64,000 nucleotides of DNA from Pseudovirgaria hyperparasitica. Its lineage: Eukaryota. Shown here in pieces: positions 51,435 through 64,000 of the stretch (position 1 is the stretch's first letter; every line of letters begins with the position of its first letter). The stretch lies in assembly GCA_010093815.1 (NCBI GenBank), contig ML996589.1; one strand, written 5' to 3'. A program made the position numbers and the translations under genes. The notes under the pieces are model-generated. The model did no database searches, had not been told where the DNA came from, and worked only from the letters and a program-made list of their open reading frames with translations.

Positions 51435-54400
51435 ATGCTTAACTTCTTCATAGCATTTGCGCGATAAGGAAGGATAGTACCTCTACCTACCCTAGCCCCC
51501 GAGCGCTTTAAAGGAATAAATATTACGGCCTTCCTTCGGAAGTACGAGGACATGTATATAAACTACGAAGTTCCGCCTAATAAGAAGATAACCTCCCTAC
51601 CGTCATACTACGAGGACCATCTCCGTCCTACTATTAAAGGAATAGGTGGGTTTTAGAAATAGTAGTAGGCCACGCTACGTGAAGAATTATTAAAGGAATT
51701 CTCTCTATTTAACTCCGCCCTCGAGGAAGGCACCATCCACTTTATCCGAAAATACGTGGAAATGGTTAAAGTAGACCCATCCTACTCTCTCCCTATGTAC
51801 TACTCCCGGTATCGTGTTATTATAGAGAAACTTACGGCTAAAGGAAGCCTAAGCTTGTATTCGCGAATAGAGCTCTTCCTAGAAGGGCTGCCTAATAGTC
51901 TTAAGGCTCGGGCTATAGAGAAATGTTAACTCACGATAGAAGCACATAGTTACGACTAGGTAATTGTCTATGACTTCGTATCACGAAAGGCTAGAGTACT
52001 TAAGAAACTAGCTCGTATTAATAAGCACTCAGCCGCATAAGAGCTAGCCATAGCCATATACTATAAATCAAAGATAGGGAGTAAGAAGACTAGCTTAGAA
52101 GAGTAGTCACATGAAGAAAGAAGAACTAATGAATTTAGCTACCCCTCTCTAGTCGAAGTACACGTCACGCTAGAATCGGACAAGTTTAACGAGATAGTAG
52201 AGAGATTTAGTAAACTAGACCTCACGTTAATTAAGATGAAGTCCTACTTTACCTCTAATCCCTTATTCTTATCTCTTAAGAAGTACGAACCTAAGCTACT
52301 TTCGGCTATTATTAACTAGTAGGCGCGAAGGCTAAATCTTTTAATACACCCCTAAGCACGAGGCATACCCATAGAACTAACACAAGTTTATCCATAGAAT
52401 TATATATAGAATAGAGAATACGTCTCTACCCGAGACTCCTAAGGAGGCGTTATAGCCTAGGATAGGCCTCGAAGACCGATCGTATACATTACGTGCGGAG
52501 GAGATTACCTAATATATAGATGTCCGGAGATAGTAGGATACATTAGAGACGGATTACTAAATATTAACGGGGTACGAGTATTCCGAGGGCGTTTCGGGGC
52601 GAATAGAGAAGAAATCCTATTACCACCCTCCTCGGTAGGGCTATAAGCTACCCTATAAGCTATCCGGAACTACGTAGTAACGGTTTAAAACGGCCTAAGC
52701 TAGTACGGAGGGGGAGTGAAGGTTTCCACGTCCGTAGTAAACATTAACGCTTCATAGGGAGTGCCGGTATATAGTATTAGTATAAAACCTATGAAGGGTC
52801 TCTACTAGGCCTCGGCGGATAGCGATTCGGAAGAAGAAGTCACGTCGCCCGAGAGTAAGAAAGATAGATACATAGAATTCCACGAACGCTTCGACGTGGC
52901 TAGTAATAGATATATCCGCGAGGAGATGGCCCTAGAAGAGCCCGCTATACTTATAATATCTAGAAGGGGGATCACGAAGAGTACACCTAATCGTACTAAG
53001 GAAAGAAAGATCGCCCGTCTCCGCGGAATGCGTGAAGGGTAGTATATAAGGATTATCGAGGAATAGGAGGACGGCGAGAAGAGTGGCGACTAGGGAACGT
53101 CTAAATAAGAGCCAACGGCGCCTAAGGATAAGATAGATAAAGGGGATGGCCTAAATCCTAGTTAAAAGGCACGTATCCGAGGCGTTAAGCTTAATAACTA
53201 TCTACGCGAGGGACAGCGGCTAAGCATAGAAGCTAGCGAAGCATAGCTAGTGCGCGTTCTAGGGACAACCATGAATATCACCATTAGCGAACTATTAAGC
53301 CTTAATGGCGACTTACGTCGTGCGGTGTTCGAGAAGGGCGCCCCCGACTTTATAGCTAGAGAGGTCCGCGAGGCTCGAGAGGAGAGAGCCGAGAAGAAAG
53401 GAAGAAACGACTATGCCATAGCTCCCGAGATAAATAAACTTAACGTATTAGTACCCCTCTATACCACGGGGACGGCCATTATATAACGAGATATTAATTA
53501 GCTTAAGGAAGAGATAGTAAGGCTAGTAGCCGAGTGTCCGAGATACCCCGTGGAAGTTAGTCCTAAAAGGGCGACTAGTATAGTACTATTCGATAGTGGC
53601 GCGTAGGTAAATAGTATTCGACTAGATACTGCGAGGCGTCTTAGGCTAGCGATATCTTCGCTTCTACCATATATAAAGAACTCGAGTTTAGTTAGCGCTA
53701 CTTAGCATAGCACTCTATTCGTAGGAATAGTATAGTAATACCCTATCCGTATAGGTCGGATCGTTATAGCCACTTCGATATTCATGTATAGCGAACTTAA
53801 TCATGACCTTATCCTAGGGGAGCCATATACTAGGTAGGCCTTACTTACGGTATAGAGGTTAGCCTCCGGGTAAGTACTCTTAATAGTCTACTCCGTATAT
53901 GGATAAGAACGTATAACCTTCGAAACCAGTCCGGACGAGTATATTCTAGTCTTAGAGAAGAAGGGTAACTCCGTGGCTAGAGACTAACTATATAGTAGAG
54001 TATATCGCTAGAAGCCGGAGTTAAGCCGGATTATTAGTTAAGGGCTACCCTTAACTAATAATCCGCACTAAATAGGGTCCGGTGAACCTACTAACGAAGG
54101 GGATAGGATATATTTTTATATAGATATAGAAATAAGTTATATAGAGTTGCTTTCCGAGAAAATCCGGCCTGAAAATGTTACTCGGTTATCGAGAAAAGAT
54201 AACTTAGCCGCCCTAGTTACGGCGGTAAGGTACGCTACCTTCGTATATAAATAAGGCACGATAATAGAACGGCTTATAGTAGGCTCTACCGGCCTCTAAA
54301 GACGGTATTCATCCGGGGTATCAAAGGGATTTAGTATGGCTACCATGTATAAAAGAAAGGGAGTTAAAGTACACCCCGTGGATGACTCCGAAGCCCACCG

Positions 54401-57400
54401 AAAGGTCCCTAGGAATCCATTAGGGTATCTAGACTAGCGTGAACGAGCAATCGCATAGTAGGCACTTCTTCCGGCCGTGCACCTAGGCCTTAACGTGTTT
54501 AATAGGCTAATAGAGCCTCGAAGGGTAACTATCCCGCTAGGAACACATCTAACGCCTCTACGTATAAGTTAGCTAAAGATTAGAATAGAGCTACGTCCCG
54601 CGGAACTTAAGTTACTATATATGATCTTATTATATCGCGAGGAAGCACTAGCATGGGAATTCTCACACCTTAGTAAATTTAATAAAGAGGTGGCACCTCC
54701 GCAGGAGATCCGAACGGTAGAACATAAGGCATAGTAGGCTAAGAACTTTAATATTCCTAGAGCCCTTTATAGGAAGGTACTCACGATCCTAAAAGAGCGT
54801 CTTAATAGTAGAAGGCTCGAGCCCTATAGTAGTCCTTATTAAAACGTCTATTTTCTCGTGGAAAAGAAGAAGGAAGCCAATAAGGAACGAGATCATAGGT
54901 TAATCAATTCGGCGATAGAAATCAACCGAGTTACTATTCGTAATGCGGCCACGCCGCCCTCGTATAAAGAATTCTCGGAGCACTTTACGGGGATAGCCGT
55001 CTTGACATTTACCGACTTCTTCTTAGAATATAATTAGATTCCATTAGTAGAGCATTACCGAGACTTAACGGGGTTTATAACGCCCCTAGGATTACTACAT
55101 GGGATAATATTACCTTAAGGGGCCACTAATTCAGTAGCTTAGTTCGTTAGGATTATATTAACTATTATATAAGAACATATCCCGGAGAGGGCTCTACCAT
55201 TCCTAGATAACTTAGACATTAAAGGACCCACGACGAAATATAACTCTAAGGAGGCCCTGCCTAGAATTCGTAGGTATATCCTAGAATATTTAATTAACGT
55301 GGATAAGGTTCTCGCGGATATAGAGCGCGCCGGATACGCCCTAAGTAGTAAGAAGACTTAGTAGTATGTTAAAGCCGCTAACGTTATAGGATACGTCTAC
55401 GGTATTAAAGGGAGGCGACCGAGTAATAAAAAGGTTACTACTATTAGGGACTAGAAACCCTATAAAAACACGACGAATGTGCGAGCCTTCCTTAGCGTTT
55501 ATATATATTTCCGGATATAGATCCCCGGGTACGCTATTATCGTATCGCCGCTATTTATACTATTAAAGAATAAATCGGCCTAGTAGTAGATAGCTAAGGA
55601 GTAGACCTCGATGGACGCGCTAAAGATAGCTCTAACCACTACTCCTGCACTAATAACGTTACGGTACGGGATAGGTACGGGAGACATAATCCTAGTAGTA
55701 GACTCTAGTAACGTTAGGTAGGGGGCTATATTAATATAGGAGAACGAGGATTATAAACGTTAGCTATCGCGGTATAATGGAGGAATATAGTCAAAAGCTA
55801 AGAGAAACTACGACACCGTGAAACTAGAGTGCCGAGCCCTCCTCCACGCGTTATAGAAGTTCCGGTAATACCTCTATAGTACGTACTTTATTATGGAAAT
55901 AGACGCGAATACTCTAGTTACTTAAATTAACCGTACCGTAACTAACTTGCTAGGGGCGCTCGTTACCAGGTGGCTCGCGTGGATTTAGCTATAGAACTTT
56001 ATAGTTAGGCATGTACCTAGGAAGCGTAACGTAGTCGCTGACGGTATCTCACGGATGTACAAAGGAGAAGAACTACTAGACGTCCCTACCTTTAACCTAG
56101 ACGAGTTCGTGGACATGGCTCTATATATAGACGTGCTAGAGATATCGTTAATTAAGCCTATTAGCGGGAGAGATTATATAATAGAGATACTCGACTATAC
56201 CGCCATTAAGTCTCCCTTAATAGATGAATATAGCGATAAATAGTAGAGGATTATGAAGTATCTTACTATACTCAAGAGGCTAACCGACCTAACCGACCGA
56301 GCGTATAAGGCCTTTATAACCGACTACCTAAAGTTCCTCGTGTATAACCGAATACTCTAGCGGAGAGGAGATGGGCATCGCTAACACACACGAGTAATTA
56401 AGGATCCGAATACTAGGGCGCGTATAATTACTACTACTTATAACGAGATAGATTATAGAGGCAGCGAAGGGACCCTCGGAAGGATTAAGGATAAGTATTA
56501 GTGGGTAGGTATACGTAGAGACGTACGATAGCACGTGAAAACCTATAATAAATGTTAACGACGAAGCAAGCTCCTTAGAGGTCTTGATAAAGGGCTCTAC
56601 CACGTTATAACGCCTATTCTTTAGTAAAGAATGCACTTAGACGTAACGATACTACCACCTTCTATAGGGTATAGTAAAGTGGTATCTATACGAGAATAGC
56701 TAAGCGGATAGACTAAGGCGGAGGCATGTACGGCGGCCACGTCCATAGTCGTCGCAAAGTTCCTCTTTAAGAACGTGATCTATAGATATGGAATTATTCC
56801 TAAAATCACCTATAATAGTGGTAGAGAAAATATAGGTGCCATAGAGGAGCTCCTCCGACTCTATAGAATTTATTAGAAGGTTATATCTATATATAATCCC
56901 CGAGTAAATGGGATTATTAAGAGAAGTTTTATACTACTCGCTAATACTCTCGCGAAGATAACTAATGGCGGATTCAAGAACTAGCCCGACTACCTCTATA
57001 CGGTCGTCTAGGTAGATAGAATAACGACACGTGCTAGTATAGGGTATAGTGCCGTATACCTCGTGCTCGGCTATAAACCAATCATGCCTATCGAAGTCGA
57101 ATTTAAGTCGCTCCGAATGCTCCCTTAGGACAAGGTGCGATTAACGTCCGACTTACTCGCTCTTTAAGCTAGATAACTTAAGAGAAGATCCGAGGATCTT
57201 AAGGAGGCCCATGCCCACGCGACACGAACGCGTAAGGAATTAAGAGAGGCATGGAATAACGACCATTACCTTCGTTAAGAGTCGTTACTAGTCGACACGA
57301 TTATCCTCCTATACGACTCGTAGTAATAGAAGGACATAGGGCGAAAGCTAAGGTAGCATTAGAGGGGGCCATATAGAATCTAGTCCGTGTTTAATTATAC

Positions 57401-57698
57401 TTATAAGCTCGCGGAGCTTGATAGAGCCATACTTAGAGGGACGTTTCCTAGCCATAGGTTAAAGAAATATTTTATAAGAAATGCGGGTAACGAGAGTCAC
57501 GACGAGCCCTCGTGACCACCGATTAGAAGAATTACCGAGGAAAATGAGGAGAGTAGTAATAAGGAAAACTATTATAAATAACTCATGGAACACCTCGACG
57601 ACGCCACACGAACCCGGGTGGAAGTGGTAATTCCTACTCCGCAAGGCTTTAATAGAGAGGAATATTTACGTTTCCCTAGAATTAACATCTCCTTCTAG
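51435..57698 (+). pseudogene. gag-pol of gypsy copy 2
   Basis: Same motifs as 13558-19821 (offset 37877); the protease motif reads FDSGA here. Confidence 0.9.
54031..54061. repeat. 31-bp palindrome inside gag-pol of copy 2
   Basis: Identical to 16154-16184. Confidence 0.95.
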
Positions 57699-58353
57699 GG
57701 GATAGAAGTTTTTTTAAGGAGGGAAGGGATGCTTATAAAAGTAGTCTTATAACGATAAACTCCATTATCGAAAGAGGATAATGAACCCTATTATCACTAT
57801 AAAATAATAAAACCTATTATTAAAGCAAGCAATGCTCGAAAGAAGACATAATAGCGTTTACACGAAATTCCACCTACCATACATTAAAACCGGTCGTGTA
57901 ATCGAAGCCTACCTATCGAAGGCCTATTTCGTTACTATAGAACGGGCCCTATTAGGAACTAATAAGGAAGAAAAGAAGGAGGAGGTATAAGAGAAAAAGA
58001 TACTTATAGAAAGTCTTATAAGGATGAGAATATACCCGGTATCTATTTATTCATAGATTCCGCCATATACCCGGTAGATATATTCATTCATAGATTTCCT
58101 ATATACCTAGTACATATTCATTCATAGATTCGACACGTATACGGGCCTACGGCCGTTGGCAAGGATCATTCATAAAAATCACTATATACCCGGCATTCGA
58201 GGAGGCATAAAAAGAGAACTTAAGATAGTATATAACTCTTCCCTCTTACACCTCTCTATACCTCCTTAATTAATAAAACCTCCTCCTCTACTTCCGCCTC
58301 GCTTAAACCACCTCTCCTTAGAACGTAACTCGCCGATAGAACTAATAATAATA

Positions 58354-61314
58354 ATGGCCCCGCCGAAGAAGAAAACGCCTACCCGTAAAGAGTTATAAGA
58401 TCGTTAAGCACTAATAAGATAGACGCGGTCCTAGTCAAGAGTCGTGAGTACTAAAGTAGGGCTATTAACGGCTATCGTAGTATCGAGGCCATCTACTACT
58501 CCGCACGGATAGGCTATAGAAGCTGCGGAAATAAATAAGTCTACTATTAACCGAATTATCGCTATCTAGGACCCGCAAGAGCGATGGGACTATATTCTAG
58601 ACACGTTTAATAATCTCCTTCATATTACCAGCCTCGTAGAATAGCTCTTAAGTAGTATAGTTAACCTCTTCTAGGAAGTAGGAGCCGTAATAGGGTATAG
58701 TAAGGCAAAGATTAACTCCTCTATTCCGAAAGAAGTCTACGAGATGATTCGTCGTAGAAGAGACACTAACTCCCGCATCCTAAAAGCCAAAAATGCAATC
58801 CTATAAAACTAGCGAAAAGATCTCCCTAATAATAACGGCTAGTTACTCTAATCCGCCCTCGGATAGCTCTAGTAAATATAGAACTTTATAGAAAAGCTAG
58901 TAGCGCTCTTATAAGTGCGAACATGGGCGAGAGCGAGAAACTAGTTAAACGCATCCCTATAGTCCCGAATCGGCTAGGGATAGAAGGGAAGGGGAATCAA
59001 GGCATATCTTTAGAGCTCTAATATTAATACCGCCCTAGCTAGCGATAGTAACAAGGACGGCCTATCTCTCTAGTAACTCTTAAACTACCCTAGCCGATAA
59101 AATGAACTAACGTTCTATAACGAGACGGGACTTATTATCCCCGCTAGTTAATAGTTACGGATAAGTAGAATGGTTTATAGGCCCGTCGAACACTACCTAT
59201 AAATTAAAGAGATAAGTGCATCGCCTCCGCCTTAGACCTTACTATCGCTAAAACTAGCGTAGGTAACGCCCGCGGTAAAGTCCCCTCCATAAAGTACGCC
59301 TCCTAGTTTAGTAGTATATCGTCTCTTTAAAGCTAGTCGTCCGTTCGAAGTAAGTATTTCTTCTACTACTACTAGTAAACGTCCCTTACCGGGCCATGCG
59401 AGAACGTCTTTAGTGCCCGTCACGGCCACGCCGATAAAACCTACTCGCGGACGTGCCTCATCTACCGGCCCTTAGTAATTACTAGGGGCGCCTACACGAT
59501 AATCCCCGGTTATTCTTAGTTTATACTCTAAGACGATAGCATCGGTCGAGGAAGAGGACGAGCCTAAGAAGTATCGATGCGCGCCTTTAGTGACGAAGAC
59601 TTTTAAGGTAGCTATATCATTAAAGAAGAATTTCACGAGTATTAAGGGAATAGCCCTACTAGTGCGCTAGAAAGCGTAGATAGGTAATATGGCTGTTCCA
59701 TATAAAGTCTACTATAAGCATTACCAAGACGTGGCTAGAAAGAATAATATGCTCGTTAGCGTGTCCTACTTGAACCTAGTAGCGAGACTTAAAATGGTAT
59801 ATGAGTTTAGAGATAACGTAGGGGCCCTTAAAGTTTATAAGGACCGCTATACCTGGTTCGCGAAGTACGCGCGGCCACCTTATCCGATAGAGGCATTAGG
59901 TATCTATCGTTACTAGGCCCTAGAGACCCTGAAGTAAGTTATTAATATTAAAACCATCCTTACTAGTATCGTATTTATAATTTAGAAGGAGGACGGTAGG
60001 ATAGGTAGGTAACTCTTCGACGAGTGGGAACGTACCGGAAGTATTAACATTAAAGGGCTCTTCGAGCTACTTAAAAAGACGACCTCTATACTTAATAAGA
60101 GTATCCTAGAACTCGTGAGGGATTAATTTAATATATATAAGTACCACCAGCGCATGATTAATAAGAAATCGAACTACGGCTAGCTACAAACTATATACCA
60201 CTCCTATATCTAATAGTTTATTAGGTAATACCTACTTTACTAGCTCACCTATGTCGCTCTTCGGCCCGATCTTAACCACTATCTAATCTCGTACCCGTAC
60301 TATGCGAAGTCCTAGAATAGGGGCGATAAGACGGGTTTTAAGCATCTCGATAACGCCATCAATCGAATCCTCGATCCTAGCGATAGACACGGGTTTAATA
60401 TAATCTAGGGGAGTATTAGTCTCGACGACGAACGAAGTAACGACTATACCATAATCGTTCCCCGCTCCTATAAGTTCTTAAACGAATGGTAGTCGAAGGC
60501 TAAGCTCCGCGAGGGGGTCAATCGAAACGGTATAATCACGGCTATTAACGATAAGATCTATAATACGGACGATAGGAAACGATTTAGTCCCTTCGTCCCG
60601 GTCCCCTACTAGTCCCTTAAAGTACGTATCTCTAGCCCACTAATAATGCACGGCGCCTAGGGTCCCGTAAAGGGTGGAAGACGCACGATGCTTCCATGGT
60701 ATATCGCGATTGGCTCTAATTATATAATAATGGAAGTGCCTAAAATGGGCATATAGGAACAACTCGCAGCAGCTCATAGGAATTTAACTCCGGGACCCAC
60801 GTCTCCGTCGGGATTTTCTAATAAATACGGCGCGATTTCTTTTGCCTTCCCAGCCGTAGTTTAACTCCCGAGTTTTAACGCCGTTAGCGACGTATTAGTC
60901 GGCCGTAAAAGATAGGACAGCTAGGAGGTAAAAGAAGAGGCAGCTGCGTGGCTTAACGCAAGTCCTTAATAACTTAAAGCCAAGGTAGACGCCTGGTTTA
61001 AGGAGGGCTCGAGGGTATTCGTGGAGACCTTTAAGAAAATGGTAAGGTAGAAAAGGCTAGTCTATGGGGATAGGTCGTTCTGGAAGGAATTTAACGAGGC
61101 GCGCGCCGCTAAGCGGCTAATTAATTTTAAGAAATTCGAGCCCGACGCGGGCCTAGATAATATTAAAGAGAACTTCTACGGATAGGAGAGGCCTAACGAA
61201 CTATCCGACGAGGAGGAATCTAACCTCTCTAAGATAAGCGACACGATTCTTTAGGAGCTGGCTCGCGACCTTGAGTACTAAGATTAGACGCCTGAAAACC
61301 TACCTAATTATTAG
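58354..61314 (+). pseudogene. Gypsy ORF3 copy 2, PhyH-like Fe(II)/2OG dioxygenase-domain protein (RIP-inactivated)
   Basis: Constant offset of 37876 to copy 1 at the start, HxD (60343), distal His (60649) and end. ORF-track 59689-59916 is in this frame. Confidence 0.78.
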
Positions 61315-61338
61315 TTAAGGGCTGCCCTTAACTAATAA
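61308..61338. repeat. 31-bp palindrome at the end of ORF3 copy 2
   Basis: Identical to 23432-23462. Confidence 0.95.
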
Positions 61339-61485
61339 TCCGGGCTAAGGTTTACCCGTGCCGAGAGGTTTACTAGGGGCGCATTTTATTTATATTAAGG
61401 TCTTTCTTTTAGGCGTTCTTCACACGGTTTCTCACACGGTTACTATACTACTAAGGGTAGTAGTTCTATGGGCCGGGGAGGTATA

Positions 61486-61802
61486 TGTGGAAGGCCGCTC
61501 CTACAGCCCTATATGTATGTATCCCTAGCTTAATTATATGGCTTATTATATATTTAAGGAGGGCGTTTTCCTTGGTCATTCTATATGACACGCTTCCCCC
61601 ATCACTAATATTCGACGATTCGACCTTTCCTTACGTTCATGGGCCTCTATGGGTATTGATTATTAGACTTAGCTATTAATGAATTAATTAAGAGTATTGT
61701 ATAGACCCGTCCTATCGTAAAAGAGAACTAATGAGAAGTCATGCGTTTAAAGAGAACTCATAATACCTAGGAGAGATACTTACGTGGCGATGGCTCATCA
61801 TA
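61486..61802 (+). repeat. 3' LTR of gypsy copy 2
   Basis: Starts with un-RIPed TGTGG, ends tcata (TCACA), followed by TSD gtac. Confidence 0.95.
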
Positions 61803-63094
61803 GTACTTAGCTATATATAAATCTATAATTCTATAAGTATTATATTTATATATATATCTAATTAAATCTATATAACGTTATTAATAGTCTTTATATTAGT
61901 AAACTTAAACTCTAGTTTACTTTTATTTATACACACGCTTATCTCTTACTTTCTAGCTACTACCTTAGAGATAGCTTCATAGGTTATATAACCGCTATAT
62001 TAACTAAGCTTATATTTAGTTCTCTTATTCTAAATTTTCTTCTTTAATATATCTACCTTACTCTTAAGATAAGTTATTAATTTATATACTATCTTCTTTA
62101 GTTTAGATCTATTTAGGTCTAGAGTAGTCTATTCTTATTAGAGCTAGTTCTATATAATCTATTCGCGTTATTATAGTTACTAATTTAGCTTCTTTAATCG
62201 CCTTTAAGGCTAAACGGATATTCTACTATTAGATCTCTAGCTAATATATATATATAGATATCTAATACTAGTTCTATTTCTAAGTCTATCTCCTCCTCTT
62301 ATAAGACTTACTCTAAAGGGATTATCTCTACTCTAGCTATACCGGCTAAAAAATCCACTTATTATAGTAGTATAAAGGCGTACTCTAAGTTAGAGAAGAA
62401 GATAGCTAAGGCTACTACTACTATTACTACTAATATAGCTACTAGTCACTCTAATCTAGGTAATTCTAGTACTAGTATTATAGAAGAGATAGCTATAAAG
62501 CCTATCTATATCTACTTACGCTATCTATCTACTCTACCTTCTTTAGAGAATAAAGAAGATCTTATTATAGATAATAATTAAGAGTTCATACCTTCGCCGC
62601 CCCGCTCTAAACGCTATTTCTCTTTTTAGTCTAATATAGACTAACTTAGTTACTCTAGGTTCTTTAAGGACCTTAATATTTACTCTAAACCTAGCTCTAG
62701 TAATAATAAGGTCTAGGTTACTAAAGATACTAAATATAGTTACGGTTTACGCCATAGAAAAATAGTAAACTATAGTTTAATATACTTTAAGTATATTAAG
62801 GCTTATATAACCGGCTCTAAATATCTCTTCTACTCTAACTCTAGTATTAGCTACTACTCTACTAACTATAATAGGTCTATATATCTAATCTTTAAGCTCT
62901 CTACCCGCTACCGCTACTATACTATCCTTAGTAAAGTTTATCTTTAGGTAAGTCTATTAGACTATTTTAGTCTAGAGTAATCTAAAGTTATCTATACTAA
63001 TATATTTTTAGGTTTCTATTTATATATAGAATATATATAATAATCTTCGCGTCTATAAGACTCTTAGTAGTTTTAGTAATTATCTAGCTTCTAT

Positions 63095-64000
63095 AATAAT
63101 AATAATAATAATATTATATAACTAGGTAGAGTAGTACTCTACAGGCCTATGCCTCCTCTAGTCTAAGCCACTATGTAAGAAGAAACCCCATAGGGAAAAA
63201 CTTCCTTATGTCTATAACTACATCTCGTTAAACCTCTGTTTCGTCTTAAGTATATAGCTATAGGGTACGCCTATTAGCCTATAGCCTATATTACCGTTAT
63301 TTTACCCTTAGGCAGCACGTGTAGATGCGGAGGTTATTAGTCAAGGGCTGCCCTTAACTAATAATCGGGGTTCTCCCGGGGTTCTTCCGGTATATGTCGG
63401 GTTACTACTAGCGTATGCCGGGTCTCTTCCGGTATATATTTCCGGGTCCACTAGTACTAGAGGAGTAGTAGATATATAAGTATCCATCGGGAGACGTCCT
63501 TAGAGTACTTATTAAGCTATCGTGTAATATCTAAAGTCTTCGTGACGTGGATAAGCTATTACCGTTATATATAGAGGTTAGGGTATATAGCTAGATAGTG
63601 GCGTATTATATCTCTCCGGCCGCACGCCTTACACCATAGAGACACGTTAGGGACGCCTCTCTTATAGAGGTAGTATAGGAGTTCTATAGCGCCCGTTCGG
63701 GCTTAGATAAGTATAGATGCTTAGGCTTTCGTTAGCCCTTTATATATCTATTTACTCGGTTCCTTCTATAGCCCTCGAATCTACTCTAGGTACCTATTCT
63801 ACTAGGAGGTCTAGTAGGCACGGAGTGCCTCTTTCTACTTATCTTAAGTCCACGACCGCATGTTTTTCACGAGTTCTTAAAGGCTCTACCGGTCTAGGAG
63901 AGCGTCCGGGTTATCTCGGACTTCTTATACTACTTAGCTAGAGTCGGCTTCTATTAAGCACCTGTACCGTATTCGATTCCGGCCTATATATAGGAGTGCG
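63095..64000 (-). mobile_element. Tad1-like LINE, subfamily A, copy 3 (3' end; runs off the window)
   Basis: Colinear with 40289-41190 including the tail; less RIPed. Confidence 0.93.
63334..63364. repeat. 31-bp palindrome at the LINE-A copy 3 ORF2 stop
   Basis: ttattagtcaaggg-ctg-cccttaactaataa; keeps the ancestral C. Confidence 0.95.

Larger units (their letters stand above)
50498..61802 (+). mobile_element. Ty3/gypsy LTR retrotransposon copy 2 (same family, shorter-LTR variant), 11.3 kb
   Basis: 317-bp LTRs at 50498-50814 and 61486-61802; 4-bp TSD GTAC; internal region colinear with copy 1. Confidence 0.95.
49380..63092 (+). mobile_element. Unclassified RIP-decayed repeat (49380-50493 and 61807-63092), host of gypsy copy 2, with two decayed ORFs
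   Basis: Saturated RIP signature. Codon-like frames at ~49465-50346 and 62339-62947; no recognisable transposase or RT motif. Boundaries approximate. Confidence 0.45.

Noticed and set aside
5205..63364. 31-bp palindromes as CRISPR repeats, REP elements or rho-independent terminators
   Set aside because: Eukaryotic context (introns, RIP), kilobase-scale irregular spacing, no cas genes and no U-tract.

Overview
Filamentous-ascomycete (Pezizomycotina-type) DNA with a very strong RIP signature: TpA excess, CpA/TpG depletion, and repeat copies that differ almost only by C>T/G>A. The window is one multimodular NRPS gene (minus strand, A-T-E-C-A-T-C-A-T-E..., at least two spliceosomal introns, ~49.3 kb to 24.4 kb) that has been pseudogenised by nested transposons. 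These are two hAT DNA transposons, a complete Ty1/copia element carrying a probable solo LTR, four Tad1-like LINE copies of two subfamilies plus a LINE 3' remnant, two ~11.4-kb non-chromoviral Ty3/gypsy elements, a copia fragment and an unclassified RIP-decayed element. Most insertions retain TSDs, so the nesting order can be reconstructed. Two observations stand out. (1) Both gypsy copies carry a ~980-codon extra ORF between pol and the 3' LTR whose de-RIPed C-terminal half has the HxD...H...R signature of a PhyH-like Fe(II)/2-oxoglutarate dioxygenase. (2) One 31-bp palindrome (ancestral TTATTAGTCAAGGG-NNN-CCCTTGACTAATAA) occurs 12 times, in both the LINEs and the unrelated gypsy elements, often at ORF starts and stops. 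TE protein motifs were read by eye after reverting RIP transitions; no database searches were run.
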